Positions 57,801-64,000 of a stretch of 64,000 nucleotides of DNA are shown piece after piece. This stretch comes from Candidatus Hydrogenedentota bacterium (GTDB taxonomy: Bacteria; Hydrogenedentota; Hydrogenedentia; Hydrogenedentales; JAEUWI01), in contig JAXMOL010000014.1 in assembly GCA_034669905.1 (NCBI GenBank), positions 64,001 to 128,000 of the forward strand. Reading direction: 5' to 3'. Both the position numbers and the translations under genes were made by a program. How positions within the stretch are numbered: the first letter of the stretch is position 1; the number at the start of each line of letters is the position of its first letter. The notes under the pieces are model-generated. The model saw only the letters and a program-made list of their open reading frames with translations, was not told where the DNA came from and made no database searches.

Positions 57801-58068
57801 CCTGGGCCACCACGCCCTGATAGGTCAGACGCGTCGCGGCACCCCCTTCGGCGGGCATCACATACACTTCCCACGCCCCGTCATCCCGACCACTGAAGGC
57901 CAGCAACTTCCCATCAGGCGAAAGACGCGGCGTGTTGACCGCCCCCAGACTGGTCGTCAAGCGACGGGCCACCCCACCCGAGGCGGGGACCGACCACAGG
58001 TCATCTTCGGAACAAAATACAAGAATATCGTGGTGAATGCTAGGACTGCGGTAGTAACCGTACATCAT
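54847..58068 (-). CDS. Tricorn protease (peptidase S41 with propeller and PDZ domains)
   Basis: WKRYRGG, GELGTSHAY, GYVHIPNM, DVRYNGGG, AGSDGDIF, GTRTWGGVIG. Confidence 0.93.
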   Translation of the reverse strand: MMYGYYRSPSIHHDILVFCSEDDLWSVPASGGVARRLTTSLGAVNTPRLSPDGKLLAFSGRDDGAWEVYVMPAEGGAATRLTYQGVVAQVAGWSADGTEIYYSSDSASAFGGARTLWSVKVTGGAPRELPWGPASHLSEGPGGGLVLGRNTGDPARWKRYRGGRAGQLWIDRDGSGSFERLQPAEGNITSPMWIGKRIYFLSDHEGVGNLYSCTPTGKSLKRHTHGDEFYARGATTDGQQIVYHAGANCYCYDVKTDTSRCLDITMPSPQVQRRQRFVSAANNLQGYVLRPDGKALAITARGKLFTMGNWEGPVMPQHQDGEGRARLSTWLNDAKRMLIVSDDSGEERLKIVDTTGQKKAKAFNRIDVGHVMGVAVSPKDDLAAVRNHRFELILADLKKGTGTTIEQSDYAPVTGAVWSPDGQWLAYSVAPTSRTRIIRLYHVSTGKKHDVTRPEFNDVAPSWDPEGKYLYFISYREYNPVYDALHFDLGFPQAMQLMVVPLRTDVPSPFVPRLEAEVAPAAGKDKKKKDKEKPPALTIDVAGLPGRVLSFPKGAGRYGRIVGIKGKILYSQYHVKGSLATHGTNPKTSGGTLYAYDLATMKEDSLVSGVDSFSVSRDRTTLLYRTGKRLRVIKAGDKPSDAKSNGLVKDGGRGAGWINLDRVRVSVDPPAEWRQMLREAWRLQRDYFWDENMSGVDWAHVYERYVPLLDRVACRSELSDLMWEMQGELGTSHAYEMGGDYRQVPRTPLGKLGASFQWDGKAKGYRVRDIVVGDSWDEQQRSPLCAPAVNVGEGDVILAINGTPLTRSLTPGHALVNLGGQEVALRVKPRKGKVREVVVTTLFSESGLRYRAWVNRNREEVHRRSKGQVGYVHIPNMGAQGYAEFHRGWLPELHYPALIIDVRYNGGGHVSQLLLEKLARERLGYDVSRWHTPEAYPRESVLGPMVALTNENAGSDGDIFSHCFKRMNLGPLIGTRTWGGVIGINPSTELVDGSVTTQPEYSFWFDDVAWGVENYGTDPDVEVFIAPQDYKAGKDPQLQAGLDRVLQMMTENPPKLPEFHARPSLKLPKLPKG

Positions 58069-58304
58069 ATTTCCCGGGGCGTCGAAGGAGGTGTTTGCCC
58101 ACGCGCAAACAAGGGCGTGAGGCCCCCATCATACCACCCGGAAGGCCGCGATTGCAGGGGACAACCGGGAGCAAATTTCTTCGTTGCCGTACCCGCATCC
58201 GTCTGTTAGACTGGCGAAAGTAGCGGATACGTGTGGGAAGGCGACGTGGCAGGCAGCTGCGGATCCGTTGAGCCCCCGCCCTCGACCAATCGGAGAATAA
58301 AGCC

Positions 58305-58856
58305 ATGGATTTTAAAGTCGGCCTCAGCGCCAAACCCAAGAAAGATGCCGCCCTCGCTAAGGTCGCATCGGAAGGTGAAAAGCACTTCAAGGAAGCCCTC
58401 AAAGAAGTCGTCGAAGAGATCGGTATGTGCATGGAAAATGCCCGCCTCGTCGACCAGCGCGTCAAGGAAATGGCCGGGCAGGCCGCCTTCGAAATCGAAA
58501 AGAAACTCGCTGAATCGGGAAATGCCCGCATTACCCACCTCGCTCGGGCCCTCGGTTTCGATGTGGAGATTGACGAAGATGAGCCCAGCGATGATGAGGC
58601 CATGGCCACGCTGGGTGAAGTCGAAGAGGTTGCCGAAGAAGCCGATGAAGACGACGGCGATGACGGAACCGATTTCAATCTCGATGACGACGAGGAAGAA
58701 GACGACGGCGAATTTAATTTTGATGATGACGACGACGATGGAGACGACGACGGCGAGTTTAACTTCGATGATGACGACGACGATGGAGACGACGACGAGA
58801 CCTTCAATTTCGACGATGATGACGGAGACGACGACGATGAATTTAAGTTCGACTGA
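58305..58856 (+). CDS. Hypothetical protein with helical N-terminus and highly acidic FxF-repeat C-terminal tail
   Basis: GGAG RBS, host-like codons, downstream terminator; repeats DFNLD, EFNFD, EFNFD, TFNFD, EFKFD. Confidence 0.8.
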   Translation: MDFKVGLSAKPKKDAALAKVASEGEKHFKEALKEVVEEIGMCMENARLVDQRVKEMAGQAAFEIEKKLAESGNARITHLARALGFDVEIDEDEPSDDEAMATLGEVEEVAEEADEDDGDDGTDFNLDDDEEEDDGEFNFDDDDDDGDDDGEFNFDDDDDDGDDDETFNFDDDDGDDDDEFKFD

Positions 58857-58906
58857 GCGTCCATAGCCGGTCCGCCACACCGGCACCGCCCGTTTTCGGT
58901 CCACTC

Positions 58907-58952
58907 ACCCCGCATTCGCCAAAGCCAGCCGGCGGCGAACGCGGGGTTTTTA
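58907..58952 (+). terminator. Rho-independent terminator after the acidic protein gene
   Basis: ACCCCGCATTCGCC...GGCGAACGCGGGGTTTTT. Confidence 0.75.
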
Positions 58953-59024
58953 TTGTTTTTCGATAATTTTTCCAGCCGTCACGCCCCAAAGCAAGACGTA
59001 TTTACGTAAAAGCAAATTTAGGTC

Positions 59025-59053
59025 TTGACGGATTTAATGAACTGCGATATACT
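59025..59053 (+). promoter_or_regulatory. Near-consensus sigma70 promoter
   Basis: TTGACG-N17-TATACT with an AT-rich upstream region containing the palindrome TTTACGTAAA (59001-59010). Confidence 0.75.
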
Positions 59054-59059
59054 TTGGGT

Positions 59060-59132
59060 ACTGAAAGCAACTTTCAGACTCTCTTCCCTCGGGGACCCTG
59101 TTGCTGACCACGCAGGGTCCCCCCTTCCTTTT
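59060..59132 (+). ncRNA. Candidate small RNA or attenuated leader
   Basis: Starts at the expected +1; hairpin CTGAAAG-CAA-CTTTCAG, CU-rich linker, 10-bp GGGGACCCTG/CAGGGTCCCC hairpin, pyrimidine tail. Confidence 0.45.
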
Positions 59133-59435
59133 CCCGGAAGTCGACCTCGCGGCGTGCTTCGTCGTAACCACCCTGGCCTCCCTGGCGCTCCGTGGGACAG
59201 GTAGGACGCCTGTGACCTGTGGGACCCTGTAAACACACCGTCGAAAGGGAGACCTTTAGTCCCATAGCCTTACGGGACCTACCGGCTCCGACCGCCCTGC
59301 AGGACTCGCTGGCGACGTGCACACCCCCGCTTGGGCTACCCCGTCCCGCTTCACCCCCATTGCACCCTGCGCCCTCCGCACCCTACAATGCCGTCTCAAA
59401 CCGACACCCTGCCTCACGAAAGGAATTCCCCGGCC

Positions 59436-60182
59436 ATGTCTGAAGGTTTACGCGTCACCATCTGGAACGAAGGCGTCCACGAAAAAACCAACCCCAAAGT
59501 TTCTGCCCTCTATCCCAAAGGACTGGGCCACCAAATCGCCCAGTACATGGAAAAGGTACCCGGCATCGCCACTGTACGTGTCGCCGAGCTCGATGACCCC
59601 GAACACGGCCTCACCGACGCGGTCCTCGAAAACACCGACGTCATGACCTGGTGGGGTCACACCGCCCACGACCGCGTCGACGATGCCATCGTGGCGAAAG
59701 TCCAGGAACGGGTCGTACAGCACGGCATGGGACTCATCGTCCTTCACAGCGGCCACCACTCCAAGATCTTCAAGAACCTGATGGGCACCTCCTGCGATCT
59801 GAAATGGCGGGAGTACAACGACACCGGTGAAAAAGAACGGCTCTGGGTCGTCGACCCGGCCCACCCTATCGTCGATGGCATCCCGGAAAAGATCGAACTC
59901 GAGCTCACCGAAATGTACGGCGAACACTTCGACATCCCCCAACCCGACCAACAGGTTTTCATCAGCTGGTTCCAGGGGGGCGAAGTCTTTCGCAGTGGCT
60001 GCTGCTGGCACCGCGGCCTCGGCAAGGTCTTCTACTTCCGCCCCGGCCACGAAACCCTGCCCATCTACCACAACGAGACCATCTTGAAAGTCATCGCCAA
60101 CGGCATCAAATGGGCCGCGCCGAGTCGCGTCGAAGGCGGCATCTTCCGCGGCAACGCCGAGCCATTGGAAAAAATGGAATAG
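59436..60182 (+). CDS. thuA: ThuA domain (trehalose utilization-like) protein
   Basis: VTIWNEGVHE, DVMTWWGH, GLIVLHSGH, EMYGEHFDIP, FYFRPGHET. Confidence 0.88.
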   Translation: MSEGLRVTIWNEGVHEKTNPKVSALYPKGLGHQIAQYMEKVPGIATVRVAELDDPEHGLTDAVLENTDVMTWWGHTAHDRVDDAIVAKVQERVVQHGMGLIVLHSGHHSKIFKNLMGTSCDLKWREYNDTGEKERLWVVDPAHPIVDGIPEKIELELTEMYGEHFDIPQPDQQVFISWFQGGEVFRSGCCWHRGLGKVFYFRPGHETLPIYHNETILKVIANGIKWAAPSRVEGGIFRGNAEPLEKME

Positions 60183-60183
60183 G

Positions 60184-60246
60184 GAAGTTTGAAGAGTGAA
60201 GAGTGAAGGGTGAAGTTTGAAGTTTGAAGGGTGAAGGGTGAAGAGG
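60184..60246 (+). repeat. Heptamer tandem array GAAG(TTT/AGT/GGT), 9 units
   Basis: Counted directly (last unit degenerate, GAAGAGG); separated from the thuA stop codon by 1 nt. Confidence 0.95.
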
Positions 60247-60275
60247 AAACGCTTGCATCACCAGAGGGGAGCGCT

Positions 60276-60632
60276 ATGAAGTCAGATTTGCCAAGCCGGA
60301 CTTTTGAATTTTCGATACGGATTGTAGGGCTGTGCAAGCACCTGAGCCACCAGCCACGTGTTCCACGAACAATGGCGAATCAACTGCTGCGCTCGGGGAC
60401 TTCAATTGGTGCCAACGTCGAAGAAGGTCAGGCCTCACAGAGTCCGGCTGACTTCGTCAGCAAGTACAGCATTGCCTGTAAAGAAGCTCGGGAAACCCAC
60501 TACTGGCTGAGACTGCTCGCCGCAACTGACACGGTGCCATCCGATCGCGTAGCCGATCTCGAGCAGGAGTGCAACGAATTGATCGCCATCTTGACGACGA
60601 TCATCAAAAAGGTAAAGAGCAAAACACCATAG
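60276..60632 (+). CDS. Four helix bundle protein (23S rRNA intervening-sequence protein / TIGR02436 family)
   Basis: RTFEFS, NQLLRSGTSIGANVEEGQ, DFVSKYSIACKEARETHYWLRLL, ECNELIAIL; GAGGGGAG RBS. Confidence 0.92.
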   Translation: MKSDLPSRTFEFSIRIVGLCKHLSHQPRVPRTMANQLLRSGTSIGANVEEGQASQSPADFVSKYSIACKEARETHYWLRLLAATDTVPSDRVADLEQECNELIAILTTIIKKVKSKTP

Positions 60633-60638
60633 CGAAAT

Positions 60639-60841
60639 CTTCACTCTTCAAACTTCACTCTTCACTCTTCACTCTTCACCCTTCACTCTTCACTCTTCAC
60701 CCTTCACTCTTCACTCTTCACTCTTCACTCTTCACTCTTCACCCTTCACTCTTCACTCTTCACTCTTCACCCTTCACCCTTCACCCTTCACCCTTCACCC
60801 TTCACCCTTCACCCTTCACCCTTCACCCTTCACCCTTCAAA
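60639..60841 (-). repeat. Heptamer tandem array CTTC(ACT/ACC/AAA), 29 units, inverted relative to 60184-60246
   Basis: 203 bp = 29 x 7; the same three unit variants as the upstream array, in reverse complement. Confidence 0.95.
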
Positions 60842-61396
60842 CAATTTTTTGTCCAGTTTTCGCATGGTCTTCAACAACATCTTGCTGCTGCCGATGCACT
60901 GGGGATTCTTCCAGCGCTCGCTGGTGAAATACACCGTGCAAAAGTAGTAGGCCCGTTCGTAGTCGTGCTCTTTCACATAGTAGTGCACGAGATACTCAAA
61001 GGCCACGGACCAGGGGATTCCCTCCGCCACCAGGCGCTCCCAGAAGGCCACCTGCTCGCTCCGATCCTGACAGCGGGCCGCCGCCTGGATTCGTTGTTGC
61101 CAATAGGCCTCGTCAACGTTTCGTGCGAAGGCCTTCTGGGCGTCTTCATAGTTATCGCGGCAATAGTCAAAATAGGCGAGGCGTTCCCGATACCAGGACT
61201 TTGGCTGGGCTTCGATCGCCACCCGGGGCAAGGGAGGCGCAGTGTTGGCGTCAATCGTAATCGCGCCGCCGCAGGTATTGCACGAACCCGACTGCCCCAC
61301 ATACTGTTCGGGCACCTGACGCACGGCCTGGCAATGGGGACAGGTGAAGTAAATATGAAAGGGTACTGGGGATTCCAGGAACAGGGTACTGGGCAT
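60830..61396 (-). CDS. Hypothetical protein with N-terminal zinc ribbon and TPR-like helices
   Basis: CPHC...CNTC; the stop codon lies inside the heptamer array; start uncertain. Confidence 0.65.
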   Translation of the reverse strand: MPSTLFLESPVPFHIYFTCPHCQAVRQVPEQYVGQSGSCNTCGGAITIDANTAPPLPRVAIEAQPKSWYRERLAYFDYCRDNYEDAQKAFARNVDEAYWQQRIQAAARCQDRSEQVAFWERLVAEGIPWSVAFEYLVHYYVKEHDYERAYYFCTVYFTSERWKNPQCIGSSKMLLKTMRKLDKKLFEG

Positions 61397-61707
61397 GAGA
61401 AAAACTCCGTTCTCGATACTTTTTGTTGGCGATGCACCCCATGCGCAGGTGCGATACCACGATGCTTCCGTAGTACAACCCCATGGTGCGCGGGATGTTA
61501 GAGAATATACCGCTGCAGACGGCTGTTTATTCGGTGGATCAAGGGACCATTTCCGGGTGAGAGCACCCTCCACCAACAGCGCCGGGACTGCAGGACCCGT
61601 GAGGTCGGAAACTTAAACCCGGGCACGGCCAGAAAGTGCCCCATGTCGGAAAGATTTCGACGGGGCCATCTCCGGGACGTCAGGGGAGCGGCTTCCAACC
61701 CATCACG

Positions 61708-63615
61708 TTAGTCAAGTACTATATCCCCATTTCGCGCTTCGAGTTGCATCGAATGGGCCCCTTCGCCGATATAGTTGCGAAATTCTTCCTTCCGCCGCCC
61801 CAATATCTGGCCGGAAAGGGGAAAAGCGCTGTCAATCGTGCCCCCATCCACAGCCACACTGAGATTGGCCGTAGGCAGGTTGCCCAGCACCAGACTCAGG
61901 TCGCCCTCTTCTACGAGGACATCATAATCACCGGCAACCCCCTTCAGCGCCAGAATACGTACGTTCCCCAGGTTATTGCGCACCATCACCCCGGCCCCCG
62001 GACTGTCCACGATGGTATCGCCCTGCACACAGGTCACCGACACATCACCCCGAACCCGCTCGAACCGGGTATCGCCATACCGTGCGGAGGCCGTCACCGC
62101 CCCCGTACCGCCGGTAATCCGGACCCCGCCATTTTTATTGGTGAGGTTCAGCGGCCCCGCAAAACGCTGGGCGCTGATGGTGCCCACGGTCTGATCGACC
62201 ACGACGGGCGCCACATTGCCACTGATCTGGGTATGCCCCTCTTCCGCCACCACGTTTACCGGCAGATGACGGGGATAGCGCAACTCGAGATTCACGCGAT
62301 ACTGACTGCACTGGAGGGTCTCCATATCCGCCGTCAGCACCGTCCGAATCAACAGCGTATCGGTACTCTTATCCTGCTCCACCCGCAAGGCCAGGGCTTC
62401 CAACGCCGCCGTCGCCTTGGAGGCACTCGGCACCCAGACCACCCGCGTGGCCGCAATCTGCACCCCGGGATCATCCGTCGCGACGACCTGTATGTCGCCG
62501 ATAACACCCTCCACCGCAATCTTCGTGTAGGGGGTCACCACCACGTTTTCACGCACCGTCTCGCTGATGGGCTTGTCCGCAGACTCCCCCCCGGTAGCGG
62601 TGGCACCCGCCTCGCCTTCAAAAAGTATCTGCACATCCGAAAAGGTGCCGCTGATGTCAATGCGCTGACGGGCATCCGGACTTCCATGACGGGCCAGAAT
62701 GCGGGCCCCCTGCTCTGATCGGGCCACCGGCAAATCAGACGTAATCGTGCCATATCGCGTCACGGCGGTCAGGTCGGGCGCACTCCCTTTCGGCAATACC
62801 AGCGTGGTGGTGCTGCTCTCACTGACCACGTCCAACTCGGCATCCACTTCCAGGGCACCCACGGTCACACTGCCCCCAAAGGCATTGATACGCAGTGCCC
62901 CCGCAATCTGGCCAAAGTGGGCGCCGCTCCCGTGCAGTTGAAAGGTGCCGCCCTGCTCCAGGCCCAGGACGCGCAGGGGAAATTCGCCCCGCAAGCGGGC
63001 ACTCACCGCCCCTCCCAGCTCAGCCAGATCGACAATGCCGTATTGGGACTCAAGGGCAACGAGGCCATCCACACCCCGAATATAGGTATCGCCGAAAAAG
63101 TTTTCGGAAACCACCTGGGCGTTTCGTGGCGCGGTGATATAGAGGTTCACCTGCTTGGTGATGGTGCCCATGTCGCGGTGATGCTCGGGAAAGATGGGAC
63201 GAATGTAAACGCCCCCCTCTTGCTCACTGATGGAAACCGTAATCGCGCGGGACACTTCTTCCGCGACACTGGCCGATTCGGCCCCCACGATGACCTTGGC
63301 ACTCACCTGGACCACCCGGTCTTCCCAGGTATCCACGTGAATCTCACCAAATTCATTGGTCACATTGACGATGGGAGAGGGGCCCGTCTGGCGCTGGTCG
63401 CTGAAATCGCGTTCAACGGTGTGGGCCGCTTCCTTTTCTTTGCCAATATCGAGGCCGGGTCCAAAAAAGCCCCCGGCCTTTTCGCCCACCTTACGCATCC
63501 CCTTGCCCATCTCATCAAAGAGGGTCTGGGTCTTCTCGAGGAAACCTTCCTGGGAAACAACACTGCTGCAACACAAGATGGCCAGCAGGAGCGTCAGTGA
63601 TTTTCGCATACCCAT
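61708..63615 (-). CDS. Secreted DUF4097-type beta-strand repeat protein (two repeat blocks)
   Basis: Signal peptide; repeated xxNxxGxIxV strands (TNEFGEIHV, TRYGTITSD, NKNGGVRI, ARNGDIVL). Confidence 0.75.
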   Translation of the reverse strand: MGMRKSLTLLLAILCCSSVVSQEGFLEKTQTLFDEMGKGMRKVGEKAGGFFGPGLDIGKEKEAAHTVERDFSDQRQTGPSPIVNVTNEFGEIHVDTWEDRVVQVSAKVIVGAESASVAEEVSRAITVSISEQEGGVYIRPIFPEHHRDMGTITKQVNLYITAPRNAQVVSENFFGDTYIRGVDGLVALESQYGIVDLAELGGAVSARLRGEFPLRVLGLEQGGTFQLHGSGAHFGQIAGALRINAFGGSVTVGALEVDAELDVVSESSTTTLVLPKGSAPDLTAVTRYGTITSDLPVARSEQGARILARHGSPDARQRIDISGTFSDVQILFEGEAGATATGGESADKPISETVRENVVVTPYTKIAVEGVIGDIQVVATDDPGVQIAATRVVWVPSASKATAALEALALRVEQDKSTDTLLIRTVLTADMETLQCSQYRVNLELRYPRHLPVNVVAEEGHTQISGNVAPVVVDQTVGTISAQRFAGPLNLTNKNGGVRITGGTGAVTASARYGDTRFERVRGDVSVTCVQGDTIVDSPGAGVMVRNNLGNVRILALKGVAGDYDVLVEEGDLSLVLGNLPTANLSVAVDGGTIDSAFPLSGQILGRRKEEFRNYIGEGAHSMQLEARNGDIVLD

Positions 63616-63790
63616 AAATTCTATCCGATCATACGTCGTGACCCGGAGTCCGGCAGGCGAAGTGAATAGCGCTCAGGACCCGCCAACGAGGAGCCAGTAT
63701 AGCAGCGGGGATACACCCTTTACAGGGCCGGGATAGCCCGCAAGCAAGGGGAAGGGGGGGAACGGCTCGGACGATACGCTACCGCGTTCC

Positions 63791-64000
63791 TTAGAGGCTG
63801 CCGCCCTCAACGTAGATGTTGCGCAGCGATTCGGCCTGCTGCTTGAGGGTGGCATGGACCACATGGGTGGCACGCACACTGTTGGGATTGCGCTCCAGGG
63901 CCGACATGGCTGCCGCAATATCGGCGTCACGGGACTGGACCACCCGCATTTCTTCCAGGGCTTCCGGCGTGGGCGCTTCATTACGCTTGCCCGAAACCGC
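63791..64000 (-). CDS. 3' end of a hypothetical gene, truncated by the window edge
   Basis: Open frame ...DADIAAAMSALERNPNSVRATHVVHATLKQQAESLRNIYVEGGSL* ending at TAA 63791; absent from the ORF track. Confidence 0.6.
   Translation of the reverse strand, partial: AVSGKRNEAPTPEALEEMRVVQSRDADIAAAMSALERNPNSVRATHVVHATLKQQAESLRNIYVEGGSL

Noticed and set aside
58040..58915. Poly-Ser and poly-Val/Ile ORFs on the minus strand
   Set aside because: Antisense readings of the GAC/GAT-rich acidic gene.
60276..60632. Diversity-generating retroelement suggested by the Avd-like fold
   Set aside because: No reverse transcriptase and no TR/VR pair with adenine-specific mismatches was seen in the window.
60569..61501. 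310-aa + strand ORF with LHSSLFT/LHPSPFT repeats
   Set aside because: It is the translation of the stop-free heptamer array plus the antisense of the zinc-ribbon gene, and it overlaps the four-helix gene.
61400..61700. tRNA or ncRNA in this intergenic gap
   Set aside because: No cloverleaf or T-loop consensus found; only weak repeat-like fragments.

Overview
GC-rich bacterial chromosomal segment with about 45 protein-coding genes. I recognised no rRNA, tRNA, CRISPR array, integrase or transposase. The (GE)n linkers, giant beta-helix surface proteins and three sulfatases suggest Candidatus Hydrogenedentes or a similar lineage (inference only). Housekeeping genes include lptB (partial), ettA, a comM/yifB-type ATPase, hisS and a tricorn protease. 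Accessory genes include an AbrB-Doc toxin-antitoxin pair, a sulfatase/hydrolase cluster, a split ACAD10/11-like kinase plus acyl-CoA dehydrogenase pair, two tandem giant surface proteins (about 1560 and 2365 aa) sharing a Cys-containing C-terminal anchor, and an octaheme cytochrome c-TPR lipoprotein. Most intergenic gaps carry REP-like inverted doublets or short tandem arrays from several distinct families. Best leads: (1) a four-helix-bundle (IVS/Avd-like) gene enclosed by inverted heptamer arrays (9 and 29 units) that fill the gap between two convergent genes; (2) a near-consensus sigma70 promoter followed by a compact two-hairpin, CU-rich sRNA-like unit; (3) a possible lineage-specific C-terminal sorting signal; (4) dispersed 9-mer arrays and REP doublets, one pair bracketing a sulfatase gene. 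Functional calls come from motif recognition by eye; no database search was run.
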